This document shows, one piece after another, positions 27,643 through 40,218 of a stretch of DNA of 63,595 nt (the stretch's first letter is position 1; every line of letters begins with the position of its first letter). The stretch is from Saccostrea cucullata (taxonomy: Eukaryota): NCBI RefSeq assembly GCF_032062105.1, contig NW_026935162.1:1-63595 (forward strand). The letters run 5' to 3'. The notes under the pieces are model-generated. The model had not been told where the DNA came from. It ran no database searches and saw only the letters and a program-made list of their open reading frames with translations. The position numbers were made by a program, and so were the translations under genes.

Positions 27643-27944
27643 TTAAGGTTGTTTCATATTAAAATTTAAAAGATAGACTTTTAACGAAATAGATTTGATA
27701 TCATGAATGAAACGAAATTGGTATGTGAAATGTATTTGCGAAAATGTCTAAACGAGTTCATGTTCATCAAAACTTGACACCTTCATCAAATTGTGTACAG
27801 TGAAAAAAAAAGACAGCAACTCTTAAAATAAAAAAATATGACTTTGCAGAGTTTTGTTTTAATTGACCATGTGTGAAATTTATTTAATTTTTTTTTCTTT
27901 TATGCTTCCGCGAGAAATATAAAGGTGCTTACCTTGAATTATTA

Positions 27945-28180
27945 TGGTGTGTAGAGCCCTCGATCCGTGATTTTAAAAATATGGGAAAGTTGCAGATTCT
28001 TTCTGATGAGATATTATACTGCAAAGCCTTGCTTCATGGTAAGATTTGGCAGGATCAAGATACCTGGTTGCTCAATGGCAATGTAGTGCCACGTAAAGGC
28101 ATTAAGTTTAAGCTCTGTACCGCTTTATAATGTGTTCAATATATGAGGGGAAAATTCTTCAACGGGGTGTTATACCACAA
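27945..28180 (+). mobile_element. Degraded SINE copy
   Basis: TGATGAGA..TTTGGCAGGATCAAGA..TGCTCAATGGC matches the SINE body. Confidence 0.5.
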
Positions 28181-31090
28181 TAATTTAATTATGGGTTCTA
28201 TCGCTTCATTGAATTGGATAAGAAAATTAACTTAATTGTATAATCTGGAATACCTACATCACAATGACTCACGTCGAAAACGTATCAATTCTTTTTACTT
28301 TTATTTAAAAAAATGAATGACCAATATGAAGGTGTTTTCATGGATAAATTGTCTTGTTTTCTATTGTTAATGATTGCCAAATTAATTATAATTAGAAAAA
28401 AATAAAAAAAAAAAATCAACCCAAGTTATACTGGTGCATGTATAGATTGGGTTTGGGAAGTTTACTTTTTTAGAATCCGTTTCGTGGTTTATAAAGCGTA
28501 AACTGTCCCAACCCCTGCTATACAGTATAAATTGATTTGCTATTTAATTCATTCCTTAAATCAAACAATCTTCGCTTTCAAACAAGACACACAATATTTA
28601 CATATTATGAACTTTAAATCTGTGTTATTGCTTTATTTCCATTATGCTGAAATAACGTATCAATAATTTTCAAATACGAGTGGTGTTAGAAAAGTGTTCA
28701 AACTATACTGAAAGGAAAAAGAAACGCATAATAGCATAAATAGCGAAAAATATTTAACTATGTGGCCGAAAGTTATGAAAATTGGTCAGATGTGTAATTT
28801 GGTTACTATGCACTAAAATCGCTGGTCAAAATTAGTCTACCATGAAATGTATGGCGTCACGTAGGGGAAGTGATAAAAAGCCAAATACACGTGCATGTTG
28901 ATGATGACATTTTTGTGATCCCATTTTGTAGTGCCAATCGATGCATTAGAGTTACAGACGTCGTTTTCCGATATTTGTAGTCAGTATAAGTTTCTTTCAA
29001 TCATGATTTGGCTGACCTACATGTAAGTTACACTGGGTGAATTAATTGGTTTCTATAAGTGAATGAAACGGCAACAACATGTTGTGCAGTTTGTTTTTAA
29101 ATTTTCAACCAAAAAAGTTTTTTCGGTTGTCTGAGAGTAACTTAAAAGGTTTCCAACCAAGCATGACGGTGACGTTGGCTCGTAACAACGTCACATCAAG
29201 ATAGGGCTTTTCATCATGCTACCTCGGTTATTGTCAAGTCATTATCACTGACGTCGATATTTTTACAGCAGACAGTCATACTCGTATTTTCACCCTAAAA
29301 CTGACAAAAACTCTATGTTCTTATTTGGTACGCAAGCTTGGCAACTTAACGTCGATTTTTACTCTCACACGCGCACGTACGCTCCGTATGCGTTTTGTTT
29401 TTTGCATGTTCACGCTGAGAAAATGTAGCCAGTGTTTGTTGAGACTTCTTTACAAACATTCACGTGTACCAAATCAGCTAGATTCTGTAAATTCTATCCT
29501 AAATCGAAAATTCGTGGTATTCATTGGGCGTAGGGATTTCTTGTCTTTGGAATAACACAGCTTTTCTCAACCATTAAGACTATCGTCGGAAGGCTTGAAT
29601 GATAATTCTATGAGAAAGATAAATGCTCTGGTGAACTCAATGCACAAGAAATCAAGGCCATTACTGATGCGCAAGGGAGATGATGAGAATTTTTATTTTG
29701 ATTTCGGGGGGTATCGACATATCAATTATCTGTCAAAGTCACACAAGATTTCGGTTACTTGTTGTTTAAAGTTGGATTAAATTGTTTGATAACAATATTG
29801 GAAAACATATTGGAAATAAAAGTTTTAATTTTATTCAAAAGTTTATTATGCGTTTCTTTTTCCTTTCAGTATAGTTCTATTGTGAAAGCACTATCTCCGT
29901 GAAGCCGATTAAACTCTTCAGATAAAAACGTTACATCTATATATCATCCAATAAACATGCAAAGATTGTGTTTTCCAGTGATCCATTAGACAATATACCA
30001 TTGTATTATTTTGATATAACATGCTTCATGGAGCATGTTACTTTTTGCAATGCGATTCTTTAAAAATGAAAAATATGTTTGATTGAGCTTATTAATTATT
30101 TTCCTCTTGCGCCTTGACACTCTGCATCTTGACACCTGTAGTAAAACCAATGTACCTCTTTTGCCCTTAGGCTAATATTTTTTTTAAGTTTTGCGCTTTG
30201 ACACTTCTCTTAAGAATACTACTTTGATAATATAACTGCGAATCACTTGATGTTTCTTCTAATATACACATAAACATCAATAAATATTACATCAATAAAC
30301 AACAATAAATATTTCAAAAAAATGATACTCCGTAATAACCATTTTTTGTAAAAAAAAAAAAAAAAAAAAAAAATCAGACAATAACACTATCTTTAGTTAT
30401 ATGAAATGTTCGGTCTAAGAATGGAAACTTTGAATAAAATTTTAAGTCGTTCAAAATTGGCACACACAAAAAAAATTTCTTCCTTTCATGAAACAGCAAT
30501 TCAACTTATAGAATAGTTAGAAATTTTCTCATCATACAAATACCAACAATCACAAAAGTGAGGAAGTTATCATTCCAAAGACTGTAAAATACTTCTGTGT
30601 ATAATTTTCAAAAGGGTCTTAATTCATTTTAATGTTTTTGATACATGCACGCTTTTTTGGAAATAAGATGGTAGTGACTTCTTTCATTTTTTTTTGTGAT
30701 CCCTTTTTTTAGTATTTTATTTAACCTTATTAACCTTCTTTTGAAAAAAAAAAATAAAATCACTTTGGTCATATTAAACTAAAAATTGTTGCTAAAGGTT
30801 TTATATTTCACTATCGTATTCCATATGAATATCTTTTCCTAAGGTACCAAAATTTTTAAACTTTTAATTTTCGAAATTGACAAACATTATATTATATACG
30901 TACTTATCCAGAGTTCGTTTTAAAGAACATCAAAATCAATTAATACTTCTTGTTTTATGTTTGAAATACATCCATTTTAAGAAGATTATAAATATTATAT
31001 TACCATCAATAAAAAAGATAACATGAAATCTCCTTCGATTTACAGAATAAATCCAGATTAATTAACTTCCTTGACGAACATTATTGATAA

Positions 31091-31320
31091 TCAAAATGCC
31101 TTTTCGCACAGGAACGGGAGTTTTACAGTACACCTTTGGTCGTTCCAGGCTCCTTCTTGAAGAAGAAATTGAAGACATTCCTCAACGTCGTTATTGGGTT
31201 CGCCTTCATTCCAGTTTGAGAAGTTCAGTTTTTTCCCGCTTTTATTCCAGATAAACAAATTTAAACCATCTTCTTGAAAATCGGTTCCTCCCGTCCAAAG
31301 ACTTTGATCCAACCCTAATT
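31091..31320 (-). CDS. C-type lectin gene terminal exon with EPN and WND motifs
   Basis: CCAG acceptor. Matches ORF 31091..31312: WTGG, EPN, EEC, WND, C....FLCE. Confidence 0.92.
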
Positions 31321-34300
31321 CTGGATAATGATAGATAAGTCAGATATGTTATTTAACGTTGTAACACAGTTTGTAAACAAGATTGTTACTTACTTCTTTG
31401 TGCGGGGGGCCTTTAAAAAATTCTGAGAACTGTATAATAAAAAAAAAATAAGCGTTTCATAGAAATTATTCATTTTAATGTCATTGGAAAGATCAGAAAA
31501 ATGAACACACATTGTGGCGTCACTTTATACTTTTTATGACGTAATAACTCCGAAAATGACGTCATGCTTAGAATACTGACTATAAAAATGACGTAACAAA
31601 AGACACACTTTGATAAAATAAAAATATTTAAGACAACTTTTGCTCATTTCTCGGACGCAAACTAACGGACACAAATGCCTGTTGGTGGAATGTTTACATA
31701 GACTAAAATCTTTTATATGGTGTTCTATTTCGAAGATCTTCTTGTTCTGAACTGGTTTAAGCGAGTGTCGGAGGCTCAAGAGAAGTTAAGATTAGTGTTC
31801 CCCGTATTTTCTAGTAAAATTCAAAATGGCACCAGAACAGTTGTAACCCAATCGTACCTTCCCATATTCGCAAATTTTAATTCATGGAAAATAAATATGT
31901 TTTTTTCTCATGTGTTTGTAACTTATCCTCCTTTTCTGGAGTCAAAAGTCAAAAGCAGTAATGAGTTTTGGAGCACCGAAGTTGAATTAATATGAGGAAA
32001 TACGCACAGAAACAAGTCAGGGGCAAGGCCTTTGAACATTTTATTAGTAAGAGTCCCGTAACTCAAAATACATCTGTGGAAAACTACATTAATATACTTC
32101 AGTTTTATACAGAAATAGAGGATATTCAATGTTTTGTAGTTGAATGTGGAATTTAATTCACGAGTGGGACAGGATTTTTTTTATATTTTCACGAGTGCGA
32201 AGCACGTGTGAAAATATAAAAAAAATCCTGTCTCACGATTGAAATAAATTCCATATTCAGCTACAAAACATTGAATTTTCTGTTTATTACATTTTCTTTG
32301 ATTTCCCGGTTGCCTACGTGTTTTTTGTAATGCAGTCTTAGGTACATGACGTCATAGTTGAGCGATTGAGACGTCACAGCTAAGTGAAAACGATTGTAAA
32401 CATGAATCTCAGCAACATATTTAAGGGAATTTTTGCAGTTTTATTTGATGACAGAATGATTTATAAACTCGTTTTCTAACTTATAACAGGTTAAGGAGTA
32501 CACTTTTGGTGAAGGGAAGGAAGATCGAGAATTTTCCCGCACTTCTAATATTCTTTCATACCGTGACATGATATCATTTTTATATCCTTTCACACTGTGA
32601 CAGAATATCACTTTTATTCAACGGATAAATTACAGTATTTCATAGTTGAAAATGTAATAGCATGTTTTATTTCATACAATGGAGATATATATATAAGACC
32701 AAAAATCCAGTCGTATCATGTAAATAAAAATCTTAAATGAATGTCAATGATAGCATAACCGGATAAAAACCGTGCTAGTATAAAAACCATACAATGAAAT
32801 AGGAATTTCTGATAAACAGTACAATACGACGGTTGATCCAAACGTTAGTGGAATTTCTTGATGTTTTATTTATTCTAAACACCCAATTTTATGTTAACGC
32901 CCCCCAAATCTACGTGATTTAAGATCAATAATTTACCGCCTGTCAATCATTAAAAAAACAATAGCTTCTGATTTGATTGACAGGCCAGCTACCCGTGCTA
33001 CCTGATAAATATAAAATAATAAATCATAAATATTTGCTTTCAATCTCAACGGCTATATTGTATTTTAGGTGATGTGTCGTCCAAGATATCTGCTGTAGAA
33101 TTTAGAGTATTTTGACCGGTCCGTGCACAGAAACGCCATTTGCCGATTAAAATAGGAGTATGATAAATAAGAAAAGATGTTTAGCGCAAACGGCATGGAT
33201 AAAAAATTCCTTTATCCCGTGTTTTTCTATGTATATAGAAATACAATATACACGGTGTTCCGTTGTAAATGAAATGTCAGTTGTAACTTTCAGTTCGAAT
33301 TTCCTTACGTCTGTCAATACCAATATTTAAAAAGTGAATATATAAAACCAAAGATCCATTCTTAATAGTATAAAAGAAATCTTGCAAACAATAAAAAATT
33401 TTAAACACACGAACACCCGGAAATGGTGAATATTTTCGACACTATTAATGGTCAGAACGTAGGCAATATTCCTATATCGCGGTACATGCAGATGTATATG
33501 TTCACATGACGGATAGGCCTATCAATGGAATATTTTATTATTTTTTTAATTTAGATATGTACACAAGTTTAATTAAAAAAGATATTTACCTTGTATTTTT
33601 ACTCTGTGTTCATTTCTTTAATTTTACTTTTTTTTTAAAATATAAAAACGATATTTCTTTATAACTTTTTTTTTCTTCATTAGATATCGCTGAAATTATA
33701 AATAAATAAATTCTATTATATTGAAATATTTCAATTAATTCAAGTAGATTCACTCAAATTTAGACACGAAACACGGAATGTTGACCCTTATCACCAGACA
33801 CAGACTTCCTGTGTAATGCTACGTGTATATCGATTTTTGACATCTTGGGTATTTTGGGTCTCCAGGTAAATAACACCACTGTAACTTGGACCACTCCCCC
33901 TCCTTAGGTAACCGTACGGAAAAAAAATTGGGTCTTTAAGTGAAATTGGTTGAAAATTACAAATTAAGATATAGACACGTTGAATATTTTAAATGAAAAA
34001 AAAAAAAACACTTTAAATATTTATGATAGTAACTCTATGGCAGTTGCCATGGAAACGTTTGTTTGGAAATGCGGGGGAAACTTTAACGTGTTATTATCAT
34101 TTTAATTCTTAATACGTGATATAAGAAAAAACCTGCGCCAAGTGGCAAATAAAATGAGAATTTTGTCATAATTACGATTGCTTGATCTTTTGTTAACCTT
34201 TGTGTGATAAATGTTACTGATTTTACTAGATGTTTAGTTCATTAATTGGTGATTTATTGTTCATCTTTAAGTTGTTAGACAATGTAAAATTTCAGTCAAG

Positions 34301-37300
34301 TTATAAGTTTTGTTAAATTTCGTAAGATCACTCTATCTGAAAAGCGTAAATTATTGACACAGGCTGGGGAAAAATGCATTTAGTTAATGGTTTTCTATTG
34401 ACATAAGAAATTTAAGAAAAATAGAACTTCTGTGGACTTTGATTAAAGGTGTGGTCACTTTTGGAGGCTCTGTTGTAAGCGTTTATCCCCCTAGACAAAT
34501 TAAAAGCTTTAAAGGACGTTGTCGGCTGATGTACTCTTCTTGACATTGCTACTGAAATTGGAACATCATGTGGAAAGATGGGGATTATTTTGAAATATGA
34601 GTGAAAAATGAAGATGAGCTTGTGCGAAAGGATACCCAAGCTTTTCCTGATAAAAAAAAATGGAGAAAAAGGGCAACATTTGGTAGAATTACGTATTCGA
34701 ATTCGGCATTAAGATAAAATGCTTCTTTAACGTGACGTAACATATCTAACTTGACGTAACGTCGAAGTCTCCCCCGGGTTTCACAAATCCATTTTCAGAA
34801 AGCTCGTGTGACCTTATCGGTAATTGGAAAGTGATGAAATTTTCCAATAGTGTTGCATTATGACTCTATTTTATAAATATGTTTGTCGATTGCTTTCATC
34901 AAATTTAAATAAAATGTTAGAAAGAAATTCCACAAACTTTTAGATCAACCCTCGTAGTCCCACTCTATCTCTTTGCAAATAAAAAAAAAATTTCAGAAAA
35001 GCCTATGGCAGCACTTTTACGATAGTCTCATATGGATTAAAAAACGCGACTTTTCAGAATGCTAAACATTCTATATTCTGACGTCATTTTCGGAGTTATT
35101 ACTTCTTAAAAATAATAAAGTGACCTCACAATATGTGTATATTTTTCTGATCTTTCAAATGATATTAAATTTAATACTTTCCGTGAAACGGTTTATGTTT
35201 TATTAAACAGTTTTCAGAACTTTTGAAATGTCCCTCGTAATTATATTGAGATAAAAAATAAAGTTTTTCAAATGCCAGATAAGATCCAGGTCAGTGTCAT
35301 CGAATCCAAAATTGTAAACGAGCAAGCCACAACGAATGCACCTGTGAAATATGAAAGCCCTAGTACTAACCATTCAAAAATATGATCAAGGAAATTTGTT
35401 TTAATTGAGTTAAACTCAAAGGTAAGATTCAAAAGGTAAAAGCCAGAAAGACAGACAGACGGACAGACACGGCAAAAAGCTACGTTAAGAAAAAAAAGAA
35501 ATATAGCTGCAGAACTGTAGCTCTCTGCTTGGAAAATTCCAGACAGACAAAACAGAGAGCGACAGATTCAAGCTTTGTAAATACCTTTGATTAATCCCGC
35601 CGCTTTTTTGTCGATCGCTTCCTGTACTTTTTCTTGGTATTAATGCTTTCACCCATTTTAAAAATAGTGTCCCACAATTGTCCCCCATTTTTCCCTTGAC
35701 CTTATTAAAAAAATACTTTGGTGATACTTTCTAAATGGCATATTATATTTTGTTCTTATTTGACACAATGTGTCATAAAAATGGCATCTAACCCACAAAG
35801 ACACCGAAAGGGAAGGACCAAATTTCCTTGTTTACCCTATATTACACTACTATTGCTGATACTTTATTGACATTTTATATCACTCTATCAATAGGTTTCA
35901 TCATATGAAAAATTATACCTAAGTTTGAAATTTCAATCCTTTGTCAAACATGTTAAGCATTGTGACAAAATAATATTTTATTTACTTAGTTTATTTTGTT
36001 ATACATGTCACATCTCATACCGTTACCAAAATACCAAAATCAAACGTATCAGATAATTGCCAAACATTTCATATCAACGTTAGAAACTCATATCATAGAC
36101 ATGAATATTAAGCTATTTTTAATTGTGTAAACTGTAAGATAAATTTATTTTTTACCTAATCCTGCTTTATTATGAATCCATTCATTTTCTTCTTTTGACT
36201 CGATCTCTACCAAGTAAGCTCCACGAAGACTACACTGTAGCTATAATGATTAAGAAATATAACCAAGCACAATACAACAATAAATACGATAACTCATTAG
36301 AAAGAATATAAAAAGATAAAATGAGAAGCTCTAAAATGTTTGATAAAATGTCATGATATGTTTAAAAATGCTTTGTTTGAAAGTTTGAAATCTCCAGGAA
36401 AACTAACAATCTAATGATACCTTTCTCTTTCCTGTTTTGACCAATGTTTTCAAGACATAGACCATATACATGTAATACAAACTGTTCAAATAGTCATACA
36501 GAGGGGCATAGTATATCGACATATGTAGGCAAAGTCTTAGAAATAATGCTCTAATGTTAAATTATCCAGAAAACACCGAACTGTATGAAAAATGGTGCAT
36601 GGAATCTCAGTCTCTTTAGCCCCTACATTTAAAGGCGTGGATCTAAATGAGGTGAATGATATGTCGTAAAGAACATATAAATAAACTAAAAGAATAATGA
36701 GGATTAGGATTTCAGTGATTATTTAGGAAGAAGGAGTTACATATGTAAATGCATAATAGAATCATACAGATCGTTACTCATGTTAACTTTAAGTTTCAAA
36801 AAGAGAAATAACATATGCACTTTGCACTACAGTGGACCTTCAGATATCCGGACGCCAGATATCCGGATGCTTCAGTATCTGGACGCTTTTTCATCGGAAC
36901 AAAATTTTAAAATGTTATCATTTCTTGTTTAACTATTCAGGTATCCAGACGCTTCACATATCCGGACAAATTGACTGGGAACCAAAGCGTCTGGATAAAT
37001 GAGGCTCCACTGAATCTACAATTCAAATACTCAAAATTATTTGTCCGCTACGCCTATGGAGACAAAGAGTAGGATTGAAAGGCCTCCAATCCGATAAAGG
37101 TAAATCAATTCTTTTTTTAAAAAAAAAAAAAGATATACTAGTATACATGTAACAAACTGGTCTTTTCATTACTAAAATCTCAGTCCAGAATTTTATTTAT
37201 TAATATATTTTTTTCTCTAAGTGCCAAAAATTGAAGCACTTTGAAAAAAAACCCTAAGTGTTCTGATTTGTAAAGCACTTTAATTTTTTTTTTTCAAAAT

Positions 37301-38861
37301 GCGTTATTATTTCCAAAGAGTGCTGCAACAGTTATCTATAATCAAAATCATTTTAGGAAATGTTCAAAATTTATCGATATGTAATTGCATGCATGCCTTT
37401 GTACATATATGCACAAACTAAAGAAAGTCTGAAGCACTTTTAAGTCACGTTTGAAAGTACAAAAGCATGAGTTTACACATCGCTTAAGATTAAAAAAAAG
37501 AGCTTTTAAATTTAAAATCTCCAATCACCATTATTTACAATTATTTCTATTTGAAGCTTCAATATCATCTGTTATTTCTGTACAATGTATGAAAACCATT
37601 AACTACCATGTTGAAATGAAAGGTTATCGAAATGAATGTCGCTTAAGTTAAAAAAAAAAAAACAGTACATCAGCATCCCACCAGTCCATGGCTCTCATGT
37701 CTAGGCTGTAACAATGGTCCAGATATTGCATCCATCCTTCTTTACAAGGGGCTCTCTCTGAATATAGATAAAATGAGTATAGCTTCAATCAAATATCTGA
37801 AACCTACTACCTAGAGGTATCAAAAATGTACCTTAAACAGATAATCCTTCTTTTAAAATTCGATGCTTTGCCAACTGAGAACATAGGTTAAAATGTTTGC
37901 TGCAGTGTAGTAGTGTTGCGAATAACTCTCCCCATCCTCTGACAACTTTCAAACGAGACTCTGTGAACCCCATTAACAGTTTTTATTTTGTTTTTGAGTT
38001 TAAACTTTTGCTAAAAGAAAACTGCTGGAGGTAGTAGAAATTCTCGCTATCAGCAAATACAATCCTTCATTTAATCGACGAGTGAATGATTTTTTTTTCA
38101 TGCCAACTAATAAGAAAAGTATTTTTACAAATTGATTTTTCTAAGAATTTTTCTCGTCTTTACCGATTTTGCCAATTAAGGACTTTGCCTCGGTTTTAAA
38201 ATGATTGATTAGGGATGTTTACTTCCCCATGAAACCTGAGTCCACGTTTTATGTGTAAATATGTTCATGTTTTGTTTGTTCTGCTCCTGATTTATATTGT
38301 TGAGAAATATTTTTGATTAAGTAATTAAATTACTATATGGTTATTCATGTTCACATGTCTCTCAAGCAAAATCTGAATGATTAATAAAAAGTGCTAGTGC
38401 TCTATCCAGAATACGTTTCTGATTAAATTAGCAAATACATTGCCTCTACCATTAATTAAAAAGCAATCTTTTACCAATTTAAATACTATTAAAGATCTCA
38501 TTTGAAGATGTGTTACTATGCGTAGCCCTTCTTTTAAGTTATACTCACCAGAAAAGAAATTCCAGCCTGCAAGTCCAGCACACAACAACTCTCGTTGGCA
38601 GTTTCGTCTAAGTAGTTTACATGAATTCAAGTTGTTGTTATAGAACACCCCAGAACATTCCAATATGGAACTTCTCAGAAAACACTCAGTAAGAGTCATG
38701 TCCTCTAATTCAAAAACGTAGCATTGTCCATGTGAAGGTAACATGTCAGAAAGGAATTTTACCGCCCTTAAATTAATTGTTTCTCTGGTACACTGAATAA
38801 ATTCTATCGAGAAAACAATGATGATAAAGTTGTTCAAATTCTTGCGCCATGCATTTGCCAT
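31091..38861 (-). CDS. Secreted PAN/Apple-like + C-type lectin domain protein (perlucin-like), 4 coding exons, 238 aa, intact
   Basis: Exons 38861-38549 (313 nt), 37757-37669 (89), 36240-36156 (85), 31320-31091 (230). All introns are GT-AG, phases match, and the total is 717 nt = 238 aa + TGA. Translation: MANAWRKNLNNFIIIVFSIEFIQC..ECFLRSSILECSGVFYNNNLNSCKL..|ERAPCKEGWMQYLDHCYSLDMRAMDWWDAD|LQCSLRGAYLVEIESKEENEWIHNKAGL|ELGLDQSLWTGG..WNEGEPNNDVEECL..WNDQRCTVKLPFLCEKAF*. Confidence 0.9.
31403..35237. mobile_element. Second copy of the 18520-19809 mariner-type family, opposite orientation, expanded by nested insertions (in lectin intron 3)
   Basis: TIR arms about 31403-31580 and 35053-35237 (ends TCCCTCG|TA). 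Internal 31640-32110 is the reverse complement of about 18920-19570. Confidence 0.7.
32115..32690. mobile_element. Crypton-like non-autonomous element with a long terminal palindrome
   Basis: Hairpin 32124-32276 centred on GTGCGAAGCAC. The right boundary is approximate and the family assignment is by resemblance only. Confidence 0.5.
35280..35570 (-). mobile_element. Helentron-associated fragment with GACA/GACG microsatellite
   Basis: CACCTGTGAAATATGAAAGCCCTAG unit plus GACAGACAGACGGACAGAC, as at 21640-21912. Confidence 0.5.
36156..36240 (-). CDS. C-type lectin gene exon 3 (C...GAYLVEIES.EEN.WI)
   Basis: TATAG acceptor, LQCSLRGAYLVEIESKEENEWIHNKAGL, GTAAAA donor. Confidence 0.9.
36830..37012. 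mobile_element. pogo/Tc1-type MITE
   Basis: TA|CAGTGGACCTTCA...TGAGGCTCCACTG. Internal TATCCGGAC repeats. Confidence 0.7.
37669..37757 (-). CDS. C-type lectin gene exon 2 (CxxGW....HCY....W.DA)
   Basis: TTCAG acceptor, RAPCKEGWMQYLDHCYSLDMRAMDWWDAD, GTACTG donor. Confidence 0.9.
38549..38861 (-). CDS. C-type lectin gene exon 1: signal peptide + PAN/Apple-like Cys domain
   Basis: ATG at 38861, hydrophobic FIIIVFSIEF, EC...CSGVFY......CKL pattern, donor G|GTGAGT after 38549. Confidence 0.8.
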
Positions 38862-39232
38862 TTTCGAGGAGTAGTTCTGTCCTTATTCTAATAAAAGCTG
38901 CAGTGAATTGCCCACTGATAATAATATCTATATATATTGATAGACTTTATATCTTATGAAAAGTAATTTTCTTACGTATTCAGACAATCGATTTTTACCT
39001 TGAGCATAAATTTGCATCAAAAGCCCATTAAAGGTCCAAAAAGTAATGTATCTTTTAAAGTCTGGTTGTGTGTACATGTACATATAGCACGGAATGCCCA
39101 TTAGAAAATTATGTAATGATGTATTGTATTCAACACTGGAGTAATGCAATAATAAGACAATCCTTCAAGATGGATGTTGATTCACCAAGGAAATACGTAT
39201 TAATTAAAGTCATAAAAGGGCTCTAGGGAAGT

Positions 39233-40218
39233 TTCTAGTATGCCGGTCCCCAGAATCACGCGATTGCGCATGAGCAATTATTTCCCTTGCCGTTGCTATG
39301 CAGAATGTAAACAAACCGCAATTTCCCACTCGCTTCAATAAAACGCATCCGATCGAGTGATTAGGGTTAGGTTATATATAGTTTTTAAAATTGGGCTTGT
39401 TTTATAAATCCACTCTTAATCTTTCTGACTTTGGGCTAATTTATGTGATTTTTGCTTACAAAAGGCACTATGAGTGCCTTTTGTGACCAAAAACTTGCAT
39501 GAATCAGCCTGTCGAATCGTGCCGATAATCTTACACTTTGGTTTAGTTCATGAAATTTTTGCTTTACAAACAACAGGAAAGATTAAGAAATGTTCGGTTA
39601 AATCAACTATATTGTCGAAACATGACGATTTTCAGCGCTGAGTTTAGGCAAGTTATTGTAAAAGCGACTTACCGTTAACTTGGTTAACTGTGCAGCTCGA
39701 TATCCTGACCTCCTAATGTCCAAATATTCAGAATATTTTTCCTTTCAAATCGATAATGATGAACAATTCAATCCATCGATGACCAGTAATTAGCTAACAT
39801 TTGTTAAATCCCTGTATTTCTCACAAAAATCACGCAATTTTAATAGCATTGCACTTTGAGTCCTATCAGGCATTTCTTCATTACGTCAAAACACAAGTGA
39901 CGCATCTCATGAATATTTATGAGATTACGACAAAAATTGATCTTGTGACTACATTCCTAAACAACGCAAGATGGAGATTTACTTCCTAAACAAGTACGTT
40001 ATTTTACGAAATCTTTTAATTCTCATTTAAAAAACTGTGTTTAAAACCAGTTTTTTAAACCCAATTTTTCAAAAGGAACACGAATTTTGGGTCAAATTTG
40101 CAATTTGTGGCTTCTTTTTCGAATTTTGTCGATCGCTCACGCGATCGTCTATATATTGTACACCGCCTTCGGCGGCACCTACTTTAGCGCCATATTTATG
40201 GGGACCGGTATACTAGAA
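39233..40218. mobile_element. About 1-kb non-autonomous TIR element upstream of the lectin gene
   Basis: TTCTAGTATGCCGGTCCCCA ... TGGGGACCGGTATACTAGAA (19/20 match). The TIR may extend degenerately to about 39217/40233. Confidence 0.75.
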
